Assembly: GCF_006345805.1 (NCBI RefSeq)
Contig: NC_042999.1
Coordinates: 11,966,001 to 12,030,000, forward strand
DNA from: Octopus sinensis
Taxonomy: Eukaryota
DNA length: 64,000 bases
Reading direction: 5' to 3'
Shown: positions 26,845 through 40,443 of the stretch, in pieces
Layout of the letters: each line of letters begins with the position of its first letter
How positions within the stretch are numbered: the stretch's first letter is position 1
Position numbers and translations under genes: made by a program
Notes under the pieces: model-generated
Told to the model about the DNA's origin: nothing
Seen by the model: the letters and a program-made list of their open reading frames with translations, nothing else
The model's database searches: none

Positions 26845-27875
26845 GTATTGGCAACATAAATGACAATGGTCAGAGACTACTTGAATTTTGCATATACCAT
26901 TACCTGTGCATCACTAACACATTCTTTGCCAACAAGACATCTCACAAGGCATCTTGGAGACATCCAAGATCTCACCACTGGCATCAGCTGGATCTCATCA
27001 TTACACAAACATCCTTTCTGAATTCTGTTCAACTGACTCGTAGTTACCACAGCGCGGATTGTGACACAGATCATTCACTAATAAGAAGCAGGGTGAGGAT
27101 TCTGCCTAAAAAAGTCCATCACTCCAAGAAAATGGGCCGATCACGCATTAACACTGCCAGAACCTCGGACCCTACACTGCGACAATGTTTTGCTGTTTCT
27201 ATCAAGGTTGCCCTCAGTAGCTGCCCAAACTCCTCTGCTGAAAGTAGGTGGAATTATATCAGGGAAGCTTTGTATACCGCATCAATAGATACTTTCGGCA
27301 TGAGAGAAAGGTAAAACCCAGATTGTTTCTATGCTGGGCTCTCAGAGCTGGAAACAGTTATCGAAGCAAAGCGTGCTGCTCTGATGCAATACAAGAGTGA
27401 TTCTTCTACAAAGTCACTCGAAGAACACGGAAATACCATCCTGCTCCGGCACCTTCATGAGCTTCTGTGTCATTGCTGGGAAGAGGGTACAGTCCCTCAG
27501 GATATGCGGGATGCTAACATCATTACGTTTTACAAAAACAAAGGTGACCGTGGGGATTGTAACAATTACCGTGGAATGTCTCTTCTAAGCACTGTTGGAA
27601 AAGCCTTTGCTCACATTATCCTGTCCAGGCTACAACTGCTTGCTTCTCGAATTTATCCAAAATCGCAGTGTGGCTTTAGAAGAAGCAGATCAACTATTGA
27701 CATGATATTCTCCATACGCCAACTTCAGGAGAAATCCAGAGAGCCCACAGTCAACGCTATGGCGACCAGAGCCCGCTCTGGACGACATTGAGGCGACTGT
27801 CCACAGCCACCGGCCCACAGTCGACGCTATGGCATTAGTGTCACTATTACAGACGACTTGACTTGACTTGACTTC
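26845..27875 (+). mobile_element. RTE (BovB-like) LINE, internally deleted, with a (GACTT)n tail
   Basis: APE domain: NDNGQRLLEFC..LCITNTFF..SWRHPRSHHWHQLD..SADCDTDH. RT domain: CWEEGTVPQDMRDANI..KNKGDRGDCNNYRG.SLLS..SQCGFR..RSTIDMIF. Confidence 0.93.
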
Positions 27876-28304
27876 TGAAGGAGAGGAAAGAAAGAATTTC
27901 AATTATATATAGAGAACTATAGCGCGATGGCAGCATAAAAAAAACAACCCTTCCTCAGTTGTTGGCAGTTTTACCTACTCCGCATTGCGAGCATTGCAAC
28001 AAGATGCGTCATCGTCAAAGCAATTGCTCCCCGAAAGCAAATTAAATAAAATTTGAGATACGTGGAACGTCAAAGCTGCTAACAAAAACAGGACAGTGAA
28101 AACATTCAGTAAGGGCTGTTTAACCCTAACTAGGTGAAGAGGTGAACGCTGGAGAAAGAAAGCTTTGTCAAGAGACAGACAAGAATGCATCTTATAGTTA
28201 TAAGCTGAACGAGAAGAAAAAGAATTACATTTAGAAATAGATCTATAATTAGTGAGGACAGAATGTACGTTTAAACTAATTAAATATTGTTTTACAAAAT
28301 AGTA

Positions 28305-29627
28305 GACGGTGTCCACAAAGTCTGCGTACATGGGGATTAACACATACTTTTAAAACAAAACAATTTTATTTAATTATAATGTTAATAAATAATATTTTCA
28401 AAGTGATTTCCATCATTTTCAATGCATAACTTGATGCGCCTTGCAAAATTCAGGTGAACTTGATTAAATAAGTCTACATTGCCATCAATTTAAGCACACT
28501 GACTGGAAATGCGTTCTCTCATGTGTTTTAAATCTGTAATCTTTATTGAGTAAACTTTCTCTTTCAACATACCCCAGAAAAAGAAATCAAGGGGAGAAAG
28601 GTCTGGTGAACGAGGGGACCATTCCATATGACCCCTTCTTCCAATCTAGTGAGGAAAAGTGTCATTAAGCCAATCTCTAACAGTTGTGGCAAAATTAGTA
28701 GGGGCCCCATCCTGCTGAAACCAATTCGGAAGGCCCTCGCCTAGGCGCTCAATTTAAGATATTAATTTGTCTCTCAATATATTTGCATAAGTTTCATCCG
28801 TTACATGTTCAATGAAGAAGGGTCCTAGAACATGAGCTTTCCAAAAAACCACACCACACCATCACCTTTTTGCTGCCTTGCTGTTTGGATAGATCCATCC
28901 AATGTGGATTACCTCGAGACCAGTATAGAAGATTCTGTCTGTTGACCTCACCATTTACATAAAACGTAACTTTGTCACTGAGCAACACAAAGTTTTTCGT
29001 AAAATTGATATTTTCATCCAATTTATCTGAAAACCATTCGCACGTCTACATTCGTCTATCAGGATCGTCTTCATTTAAGTGATGCAATATCTGAAACTTT
29101 TCCTCAATCAGCATTTTGTGGATGGTTGGTTTTGGAACACCTAACACCGTGGATGCCCGACGAAGGGATTTCTTTGGGCTAGCAGAAACTTTAGCCTTGA
29201 CAGCCTCTTTCGTTTCATCTGAAGTTTTTGGTCGCTCCGAACGGGGTTTATCCAAAACACTGCCTGTTTCTTTAAATTTCCTGATCAATTTCCCGACGGC
29301 AGTAAAATAAATAGGTTGCCTATAAGGGTGTCGAAGATTAAATTCTTCCGCAATTTTGCGATAAGACCATCCCTCTCGTCCACTTAATATTACTAACTCG
29401 ATTCTTTCTTCTTTAGACAGATCCATCATTCGATCTGGGATTCTTTCTTCTTTAGACAGAACCATCATTCGATCATCTGTAGAAAAAATAACAAATAAAT
29501 TTAGAAAAGTAAAGTATTTTTTTTTATTTGATTTAAGCAAAAGTAAAAAAGGAAAATTATTATTTCTTATATTTATTTGTTTATGTTATGATTTTATTCC
29601 ATAAACCCAGACTTCGTGGACACCCTA
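28305..29627 (-). mobile_element. Tc1/mariner-superfamily DNA transposon with TIRs and a decayed transposase
   Basis: TIRs ggtgtccacaaagtctg (28308) and cagacttcgtggacacc (29608). The ORF has an HTH (KLIRKFKETGSVLDKPRS.RP..SPKKSLRR), then FSDK..F..NG.VNRQN..YW, KVMVWCG, QQDGAP and WSPRSPDLSPLDFF.WG, broken by stops and frameshifts. Confidence 0.92.
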
Positions 29628-29655
29628 AAATTGCTTTCATTAAAACCCTTTCAAC

Positions 29656-29930
29656 ATGGAAGTATCCAAGAAACATTTAAGGCACATATAATTCTTTATG
29701 AGTACAATAAAGGTAACTCTGCAGCCGAAGTGACTCGAAACATACACTCAGTTTATGGGAAAGTGCTCGAATGAAAGAACTTGCAGGAGATCGTTTGCAA
29801 AATTGAAGATGAATATCGAACAGGACGTCCAGTTGAGTTTGATGATAAGCTCCTTGAGGCATTACTTGAAGAAAATCCGTCATTATCAGTTGAAGAATTG
29901 GCAATAAAGCTTAGTTCAAACCATACAACA
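29656..29930 (+). mobile_element. mariner transposase N-terminal (HTH) fragment
   Basis: MEVSKKHLRH..LYEYNKGNSAAEVTRNIHSVYG...RTGRPVEFDDKLLEALLEENP..SVEELA. Confidence 0.85.
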
Positions 29931-30165
29931 GGAACTGTAACAAATTAATCGTATATATATGCAAGTGTATGTGTGTGTCTTTGTCTCTGTGTTTCGCCCT
30001 CAACACTGCTTCACAACTGCTGTTCATTTATTTACATCCACATAACTTACTGGTTTCACAAGAACAAACTAATAGAATAAGTACTAGGCTTATCAACATA
30101 AAAAAGCACTAGGCTGTGTCTCATATTTTTGTTTGCCTACTCAGTTGTATCTATCAATTTATCTT

Positions 30166-30197
<32 letters not shown>

Positions 30198-31685
30198 ACA
30201 CCCTAATGGGAGCCTTAACTCCCAAATTTTAGTAATTTCTTTTATGATCCAAAACTAGGTAAAAAGTACTGAATAGATCTTTATGAAATTTGGAAATTAT
30301 ATTTTATGCATAAGGGCCAATTCATATATTTTTGCTGTTGATGAAATTTTAACCATAGATATTAGACACAAATGAAGTAATATTTATAAAATTTCATCTT
30401 CTTACAAAGTTAGAAAGACCACTCCATGGGGACTTAACACCCACAATTTTGTCATTTTATCTAAGCAAAAACGAATACAGTTGTGCTCTTGGAAGCTGTA
30501 GGGTTACCCTAGCATAAAAGTTGGTCATTATTTCTAATTCTATGGTTCAACAGTGTAACAGTTTGCTTTGATGAGACATTAATAAGTACGGCAAAGTGAT
30601 CTGAATTTTTGAGTCAGAGCTTGATCGTTCGTTCATTCATTTGATTGATCTGTACGTTTTGATTGAGTCTTACGTGAACGACTCATCACTGATGGCCACC
30701 ACACCCAAATGGACATTCATATAGGTGTTCGATATCTGACAACTAATCCACAATTTCTGCTCTCTTGTTATAAAAGGATTATAAGTACAAACTAATAAAT
30801 TTAAAATGCCATCTTAACTTATATACACCGTTGGAAGGTATGACGATTTCGTTTTGGTCGGAGAAACAATCACTGCGAGGACACCTGTATTTTATTAGGA
30901 AATTATATGATCGCTTTCTTCAATCAAAAATATTCGATTTCATCTTGAAAAGCTTGTGTGAACAAACTTTATTCTTTGTGCACTGCTTATAAAATATATG
31001 TGCGCGCGCAGAAACGCACAGTTTGGCGGTAGCATGGTACGGACCCATAAGGCCATTAATCACTCCTGTCAAAATTTTATTCGGCTCTCGCCAGGAATCT
31101 ATACAAAGAAACTCTAAGTTCAGTGGTGTAACATGAAGCATGCGGGTGAGGTGAGGTGGCCACTTCTATATAAGTGTTTGGAGCAGGAGCTATGTTGCGG
31201 AGCCGGCCATTTTGATTAGAGCAGAAGACGGTCATTTTGGCCAGCGTAGAGGACAGCCACACATCCCAGCCTGGCTTACAGGACACTCTTGATAATGGTA
31301 GCAATAAGGACGACGACGATATCCCAGTTTGAAGATGTTTTTCCATTACAACGATTTATGAAAATCAATTCTTTAAGCAACCAGTTCTTCTTCTTCTTCT
31401 TCTTCAGGCTGTCGTTGCTTCATTTTCCAACCTAAAAACAAATAACAGCAGCAATAAAAACCCTTCCTGCACGCATTTTCCTTTCCTTGACGACTGCCAA
31501 CCACCTTGTTTGCTCTCCGCTTGCGTTCGCTTTTGCTAATATAGTCGTTGGTCGTTGGTTGTTGGTTGTTGGTGTTTATTTTTGCTTCCATTTTGTTCGT
31601 TTTTACCTCCCTCTCCTCTCTCAAGTTATATGTGTGTGTATGCATGAGTGTATGTATATAAGTGTGTGTGTATATAGTGTGTGTG

Positions 31686-31724
<39 letters not shown>

Positions 31725-31772
31725 GTATATACGCACACTTATATACATACGTATATGTGTGCGTATGTATGC

Positions 31773-31850
<78 letters not shown>

Positions 31851-32339
31851 CATACACATACATAAATACATATGTGTGTGTTCATACATTCGCACATGCA
31901 TGCTTATATATACACATATATATATAGACATATAATACATACGCGTGCACGCGCATTATCTTTTCTCTTTGTTTTCTTTCTTTCTTTTTTTATACCTTTC
32001 AGGGCAATCAAAATACTTTCGTTTCACAGAAACAAATCGATTAGAAATTCCATCTGATTGATTTTTCTTTGCTTAGTTTCATTTATCTTGGATGTTTTTT
32101 CTTTGTTTTACTGGAAAATAAAAACTAAAAATAACAAAAGACAGCAAAAAAAAAAAAGCTAAAGAAAGAAAGCCTTGTACAGCCAGCATTATTGGAAAGA
32201 CAATTGGTGTGGATAGGTGGCGTTGTTAGCAGTTTTACCCTTTTTACTATCACCACGCCTATTTTGTTGTTGTTATTGTAGATATTATGTTGCTGTAGTT
32301 GTTGTTGCAGTTTGCTAAACATTGCAACAATTGTTATTG

Positions 32340-33040
32340 GTAATGGTGTTGATGGTGATGGTGTTGATGATGGTGATGATGGTGGTGGTGGTGGTGGTGG
32401 TGGTGGGGTGTCTAACACTGTCAAGCATCTTTCTAATTGTTCTCCAGCTTCCAATAATTATCTCTCACACCGCTGCACCATTGTTCTACAAGTGATGGCG
32501 GCGATGCACGTGATGCGGTGGCAGTGGTGGCGGTAGTGTAGGTGTTGGTAGTGATGTGACGGTGCTGGTTGTTGCTGTTGTTGTTGTTGTTGTTGTGGTG
32601 GTGGTGGTGATAATTGAAGTGATGGTGGTAATATTGGTGGTATTTGTTTTTGGTGGTCGTCTTCTTCTAGGTCACAGTGGTGGTGGTGGTGGTGGTGGTG
32701 GTGGTGTTGTTGTTGTTGGTGGTGGTGGTGGTGGTGTTGGTGGTGGTGGTGGTGGTGGTGGTGGTGTTGGTGGTGGTGGTGGTGGTGGGGTGGTGTTGGT
32801 GGTGGTGGTGGTGGTGTTAGTGGTGGTAGTGTGGTGGTGGTGGTGGTGGTGGTGGTGGTGGTGGTGGTGGTGGTGGTGGTGGTGGTGGTGGTGGTGGGTG
32901 GTGGTGGTGGTGGTGGTGGTGGTGGTGGTGGTGGTGGCGGCGGTGGTGGTGGTGTTGGTGGTGGTGTTGGTGGTGGTGTTGGTGGTGGTGGTGGTGTTGG
33001 TGGTGGTGGTGGTGGCGGCGGCGGCGGTGGTGGTGGTGAT
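32340..33040. repeat. (GGT)n/(TGT)n low-complexity tract
   Basis: Read directly. It produces the poly-Pro/His/Gly ORFs. Confidence 0.95.
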
Positions 33041-33236
33041 TTCTGATATTGAACCGAGGCCAATAATAATGTTGAAGAAGCGTGATGTATTTCATTAGGT
33101 TGGTCTTATCGAACGCCTGCTGCTGCCCCTGGGTACGGCCCGGGCAGATAAGTTGCTTGCTTCACAGTCATATCGTTCTGACTTCGATCCCATTGCACGG
33201 ATCGAGCCAAGACTTGTGTGGTTGGAAACTGTGCTA

Positions 33237-33299
33237 AAGTCAGCCGGGTGGTTTGTGAAGTCAGCCGGGTAGTTTGTGAAGTCAGCCGGGTGGTTTGTG
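33237..33299. repeat. 21-bp tandem repeat, three copies
   Basis: AAGTCAGCCGGGT(G/A)GTTTGTG occurs three times. Confidence 0.97.
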
Positions 33300-33636
33300 G
33301 TCGGTAAACATCGCTGATGGTTCGGTTGAGTTCTCACCCACCTGGTCCTTGGATACTTTTAGTAAGACTCAGTTCATTGTCGGTATTCAGGTCTCTGGTG
33401 CGAGAGTATCTTTCTTACAATCCCACACGTCACCGCATCAGTCGCAGAAGTCATTGGCGTCGTCCTTCCCCCCCCCCTCCTGACTAAACTATAACAAGAG
33501 AGCATCGGGTGGGGTGGGGTGGGGAGAACATAAAAAATTTCCCAGGAAAATCAGAAATCAGAGACACGAAACTATAATAACATACGGCATTTAATCAAGC
33601 ACTTTACTGAGTCTGTCACACCTCGACATCAATACT

Positions 33637-33697
<61 letters not shown>

Positions 33698-34519
33698 TTT
33701 CCTTTATTAAGTATCAAGTATTGACAATAGCATCGAGAACGATATAGTCTGGGATTACTTGAAATCGTGTAAAAGTTTTGTTGGATAACAGAAACAAAGG
33801 AAGCAAAAAAGAAAAAGAAACGAAAAAGTGTCTTCTCCTCTCCAAAAAGAGTAGAGAATTGTCCTTCTGCCTCTGACGAAAACCCAATCGATCCTTCTTT
33901 CTAAATGCTGCAGGACCGGTTCATAGCAGGTATTTAAAGGGAAAATTTCAACAAGTCAGTCAGTCGCCTGCTGACACTGGTTGACGATACATCGAAGAGG
34001 CCAGGGAACAGAAGAAAGAAGACATGCACCCAACACCAGAGCTGAAGACACCTCCGAAAGGGGGGGGCGCCACTTCAAAACGGTAGAGGAGTAGGGGCCG
34101 AAACCGGACGTGGTTCCTCCTGATGATGTCTTGAGCTAACTTGATCCTATAAAGGAGCTGTTGTGGTAGCAGACCACGAAAAACGGTTGTAATTCCTCGG
34201 GTGCTTTTATTCCGTCGTCTCGTTTAAAAATGGGACATATGGGGCCATATGTCCTCTCTGTGCCAATGAAGAAAATTTCACTTAAAATATCTGTTATAAT
34301 TGTTTTCAACTCTTGATTGAACAAAAGGTCTCTGATGTCATGGCAAAATACATTTAGGTTACTTTCCTCCTCTCTCGCGCGCCTCTCGAATGGATTGTGA
34401 TAGGCTGCCCAGAGTCCTGTGTACAAAATGATACCAAGCTTTCGTTCCGTTCTTTATATTTCCAATCGCCAAACTGTGCATCTATTCTGTTACTGTTGTC
34501 ATCGTAGTTGAGAACATTT

Positions 34520-34880
34520 TGATGACGGTGTTATCTCTGTCCTGGGCCGAACTACACCTTTCTTCCCAAGTGACACCCTTCTCGGCCAAGGGTCCCTGCA
34601 CCGTCCTTTGCTATCTTTCCCCTTCCTCCAACTGGCCACTCGACAGCTTTCTTTGTCGGCCTCTCCAATGGCAAGCGCAGTACATGGCCAAAGAAATTCC
34701 CTTGTCCAGCTGCGATGGTGTCTTGCATTTTACTTAGGCCGGCTCTTCACATAATCTCATCGTTTGTGATGTGGTCAGGCCAGATGATCTTTAGAACATT
34801 TCTAAGGCACTGGCCATGAAAAATATTCACCATATTGCAAATTCTGTCCGTCTGCCTACATTTTCGCTGGCATTTAATGC
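34520..34880 (-). mobile_element. RTE LINE ORF C-terminal fragment
   Basis: FHGQCLRNVLKIIWPDHITNDEI..RAG..FFGHVLRLP.ERP.KKAVEW. Confidence 0.8.
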
Positions 34881-35279
34881 TGTTACGCAATATATTTAAA
34901 TTCAATGCTAAAAGATTAGTGTTTGCTATTAATGTTTGCGTGGTAATTAAAATATTTTTTGTTTTGTTTCGTTTTCTCTGCTGAAATCTGCTATTTTGTA
35001 CATTTTCAGTTTTCTTTTTGTAGGCGTGGCTTGAAAAAACTGGTACCCATGTCAGTAACATGAAGGAAAAAAATAAACTCCCTCGATATATAAAGACACA
35101 AACCTTACTTTTTCTTTTGTCAACCCATTCAAGGGGAAACTCTAACATTTATGAGGTTATCTGTACCCAGAGTAGTTTTTGATTAAAATTTTTTCCCTCA
35201 AATAGCTAAATTATTTCCTTCAGTTCGAAATATAAATAATGTCTCTAAATCATACGCAGTCAATAATAATAGTTTCAAA

Positions 35280-35492
35280 ATTTGACACCGGGATCGCAGA
35301 GTTTGAGGGAAGGAGAAGGTCGATTACAGCGACCCCACTACTTCAGTGGTACTTATTTTATCGACCCCGGAAGGATGAAAGACAAAGTCAACGATGGCGG
35401 TATTTGAACTCAGAACGTAAAGACGGACGAAATACTGCCGATCATTTTGTACGGCGTGCTCACGATTCTGCCAGTTCACCTCCGCCTTATGT
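35280..35492 (-). mobile_element. SINE family A
   Basis: Reverse complement of the 8175-8405 family. Confidence 0.85.
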
Positions 35493-36515
35493 GTATGCAA
35501 AGAGATATTACGACCACATGTACAGAGAGAGACAGTGAGAAGAACTCCTTCAATTTTGACTCGTTCAACCTCCCATACAAACAGAATTCTAAAAACAAGA
35601 ACGACTTTCACAAAATCTAAATTATACGTGTGTGTGTGTGTGTAGAAAACGTTCTGAAAACAATTGTTTCTTATATTCACAAGAGTATTATCAGTCTTGA
35701 GGTCAGCGTTTCTTGAGGTGGAATCTATTTTCTCATAACGTTGATTAGCATCAACAACTGCCTATTGAAGTGCCAAGTAGCGTTGCTGAAAAACTGTTGC
35801 AAAATGCTTATCTGTAAAGGAGGTGGGGTTGTATTACTTGCTCATCGACAGATTAAACTGTGTAGGTCTTAAGTTTCGTTGATATGGGAAAGCACCCCCC
35901 CCCCCCCGAACTAATGACAACGACCAACCAGGCTTTTAAACAACTGAGAAGGAGTGGTGCCGTCAAATTTGGATTAGTTGGTAAATTCTCGTCCATTCCT
36001 TTGGCACAAGGTCAACATTTTTTTAATGTGGGCCTGTTTGGAAATGTTTTTATGTCTTGAGGGTCACGGCAAATACAAAAAAAAAAATGAAGCCCTGTTT
36101 AAACAAGGCTTATATAAAAAGAAACTGTTTATAAATGTCATCCATTATAATGAAAGAATCGCTGGATTTCGTTTTTGTATTTGGTTTGCAGAATTCTTGG
36201 TGTGAATTCGTGTGTTGGAACAAGTTTTGCTGTGTCTTGGCAGAGTCATTCCGCCAAAAATATTGTCACACGTATTGGTTCAATTCCACTTCTTTATTTA
36301 TTAGTCAATTGGTTAAATATCTAACCAACTAATTGATCGTTTGTTTAATTTGTTGGTTAAACAATCAATTGTTTGTTTGTTTGTCAAAGTTCTTTCATTG
36401 CTGTTCGCGACCTTTTCAGGGATTCGGTGACTTCCTGTTTCGCTCTTGTGCATCTGTCACAACAAAGTCGTTACCTTTTTAATCATGTAAAAATCGATAT
36501 ATATATATATATATA

Positions 36516-36884
36516 CTAGCAGTATCGCTCGGCGTTGCTCAGGTTTGTAAGGGAAATAACTATAAAGCATTTTTAGAGAGTTATAGCCAAAAAATGGAAA
36601 AAAATGATGGTAAATTTTTTTTTGAGAGTTAAAAAAGGTTGAGTTGCGTCCCCTAGACAGTCTGTGGTTTGTGTTTCTGATTCTCGACCCCATGTCGAAT
36701 TTATCGATTTTTTTCAGAACTGGGGGAACTTTTCAAAATTTTCGCTGCGTTAGTTTTGAATTATGACATTGGGCTATGTGTGTATCAAGTTTCATCAGAA
36801 TCGGTTGAAAGCCGTGGTCAGGGTGAGGGTACAAACAAACAGACACACAGAAACACACACAGACAAACTGCCGTTTATATAGAG

Positions 36885-36885
<1 letters not shown>
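36516..36885 (-). mobile_element. Complete 370-bp non-autonomous Helitron-like element
   Basis: On the minus strand A|TCTCTATATAAACGG ... gagcaacgccgagcgatactgCTAG|T. It has canonical TC and CTAG ends in an AT target with no TSD. Confidence 0.8.
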
Positions 36886-36954
<69 letters not shown>

Positions 36955-36956
<2 letters not shown>

Positions 36957-37334
36957 GGCTGTTTGGTAACAAGCTTGCTTCCCAACCGCATAGTTCCGGG
37001 TTCAGTCTCACTCTCCGTGGCTTCATTCAGTTTCCATCTACCAAATACACTCACAAGGCTACAGTAGAAGACACCTGCGTAAGGCATATATATATATATA
37101 TATAATATATATATATACATACATACAATGTGCGCGCACATGAGAGTGAGTCTTTGTGTCTCTGTCCCCATCACTGCTTGTGTTTACGTCCCCGTAAACT
37201 AGCAGTTCGGCAAAGAGACCGATAGAATTAGTACTAGGCTTTAAGAATAAGTCTTGGGATCAGTTTGCTCGACTAAACCCTTCAAGGCAATGCTCCAGCA
37301 TAGCTACAATCAAATGACTGAAAAAAATAAAAGA

Positions 37335-37335
<1 letters not shown>
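36955..37335 (+). mobile_element. SINE family B
   Basis: Head gcttgcttcccaaccgcatagttccgggttcagtc and tail ctccagcatagctacaatcaaatgactgaaa. Confidence 0.8.
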
Positions 37336-37366
<31 letters not shown>

Positions 37367-37858
37367 CAACAAAATAGAAAATCTTTGTTGTCTCCTTTCA
37401 TTTGTCCTTTCCTCTCAGAACCTTACAGTGGTTCGGAGCAACTGAATTTTAGTCAGTCAGTTGATGGACTCCACTACCTCAAATGTTCTTAAAATTTAAA
37501 TCCACATCTTTGTCTATTATATCTACTTTCTCTATAAATTTTATTTAAATTGCTTTGTGGGAGGGATTGTTTCAACGAAGTTGTGTCTTGTCTTTGCCTT
37601 CGAAATGCGGAGTAGTTGAAACAGTGACAACTGAAGAAGGGGAATATTCTTTATGTTGTATGTCTCGTTTTTCTCTTTGTTTTTTTTTTTTTTCGTTGTT
37701 CGAAAAAAAGTTCGTTTCTATGTTTTTCAATGTGTTCACCGTTTTTTTGATGTCCTGTACTCATATATGCATGTATATATACATCATATATATGTACGCA
37801 TATATTTATATATTATTTATATTATTATATGATCGAACGCCACGCATCCTTTTCTAAG

Positions 37859-38230
<372 letters not shown>

Positions 38231-38469
38231 GATATATATATATATATAAAGAGAGAGAGAGAGAGAGAGAGAGACGAGGGGCCAATAATGCAGATAAACA
38301 AATTAGATATATGAAATACAAACCTGAGCACCAAACCGTCAATCTGTTAATCATTAATTAACGAAGTTAACATTTTCGTTAACAATTTAAGTTTTAAGTT
38401 AACTTTGGAAATCATTATCAGATTAATTTACTTCCATTACATTTAACTTCTGTTAACTCAGGTTGCTGC

Positions 38470-38660
38470 TATGGACTTTTGGGCCTTGTCTACAGCAACC
38501 CCTTGATCATTGCACTTTTGGCAGGCATTATCAAAAGGTTTATGACCTTCCTGGAGGATGAGAAATGCCAGCTGGCAGCTGCCTTCCACCCCAGGTTTCA
38601 CCTCATCTGGTCGGATAAGTATGACAACATCAAGGTCATTAAGGTGAGGAAAAGCATGCA
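38470..38660 (+). mobile_element. hAT-like transposase fragment
   Basis: LLAGIIKRF...CQLAAAFHPRFHLIW resembles the hAT LDPRFK-type motif region. Confidence 0.6.
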
Positions 38661-39169
38661 GCTCTCTGTCTCCTGCTATAAACATATAACAAAATGGACA
38701 CTAACTGAGTGGGCATAGTATAAGACTCCACCTACAAGGATCAGGAGATCATTTTCACTATTAGTAATAGGATGTGACTGGCAGTAGGGCACTTTATTGT
38801 TCCTTCAGCTAAGCATCTCACTTCAGGAAGTCTGGCAGAACTTCTGTGAATATTTGTCCGTTATAGATTTGTCTCTCATTCACTTATCACTGCTGACACT
38901 GGAGTTATGACAGGTACATTTCACCATTGAAGATCATGAATATATTTAACAAACTATGGAATGCATGAGTCTGTGTGCATTTGAGCAGCCATAAGTTTAT
39001 TTGCCTGATAGTTTTTGTGTTTTTTTTAATGCGTCAGTATTTGAAAATGACTGATTTGTATATTGGCTAAATACATTTATGAAATTTATATCAAACTAAG
39101 ACCTAGACTATTTTAAGGACGTTACATATTTTTACCAGATTTTCTGACCATTTGCCTTTATGTCCAAGG

Positions 39170-39800
39170 GGTTTCTATGCAACAGACCTTCTATCTACCA
39201 AGCTTTCTGTCAAACAAGTCTTCTGTCTAACAAACCTTTTGGCCAACAGGATTAATATCCTGAGGAGTTTTCTCTCCAATGAGATTTCAGTCCAGCGGAA
39301 CTTCTGTCCACTGTGAATTCTGTCCACCGTGTCTTTTGTCCACTGTGCATTCTGTCCAACGTACTTTCTTGTCAATGAGTTTTGTGGCCAATGTATTTTC
39401 TGTCCAGCACAGCTCTTGTCCAGCTTACCTTATCTCCAAAGAGCCTGCTATCTAAACTCCTTTGTACAACTATCCTTCTGTCCAATATACATTCTTGCTA
39501 ATGGCTTTCTGTCCAATGACATTTCGGAGCCTTCAGGTCCAATGACCCTTCTGTCCAACGGCCCTTTTGTCCAGTAACCCTTCTATCCAACTTGCCATCT
39601 ATACAATGAATCTTCTGGCTAACGTGTCTCCTATACAACATACATTCTATCAAATGGTTCTTCTGTTTTATGTAACACTTGTCCAATTGTACATGTGTCC
39701 AATGTGCCTCCTTTCCAGTGGGTCCTTTCTCCCATGTGCCATCTGTCCAACGGGCCTTGTGTGCAACTGACCATCTGACCAACTGCACTTCTGTCAAATT
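39170..39800. repeat. Degenerate array of 15-16-nt units with a (TC)TGTCCA core
   Basis: At least 13 TGTCCA cores read directly. Confidence 0.75.
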
Positions 39801-40410
39801 GTCTTTCTGACATAAGTGTATCTTATCTTTGAATTTTGCCTTTGATTTAAATTCCATTCATGTCTGACATGCTTTATAGAGATGGTAATTCAATCCTGTG
39901 CTTGGATGGCACTGCAATCGATATACTCTGAAAGAAAGGATAGAAACATTGACTTCAGTAAGTTCTGAACTCAGAACTTAATGAGCTGTTGTTAAATAAT
40001 GCAGACATTTTGTCTGTAGCTTTACCTATTCTAACTCAACTGATGTCAGTATATTGTGTACATACCAGAGAAGGGATTACACACGCTACCCTTTATAATT
40101 CTAGGTGGAAAGCTATATCACATTCTCTCTTTCTCTTCACACACCTCTCTCTCTCTCTCCCTCTCACACACACACACACACACTATATATGTGTGTGGTA
40201 TGTAAGAAGTACCCACTACACTCTCAGAGTGGATGGCATTAGGAAGGGCATCCAGCTGTAGAAACCTTGCCAGATTGGATTGGAGCCTGGTGCAGCCTTC
40301 TGGCTTGCCAGTCCCCAGTCAAATTGTCCAACTCACACCAGCATGGAAAACAGACATTAAACGACAACGACAATGATGATGATGATGATGATGATATATA
40401 TATATATATA

Positions 40411-40443
<33 letters not shown>

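Noticed and set aside
32458-33063. 201-aa Pro/Thr/His-rich ORF suggesting a formin or extensin
   Set aside because: It starts at TTG, is almost entirely trinucleotide repeat, and has no recognisable domain or splice context. It is kept only as a low-interest finding.
34045-34130. CTGAAGA..CGAAA and GAAACC..GGTT..CTGATGA motifs
   Set aside because: The required helices (II/III or I) cannot form, so these look like chance matches.
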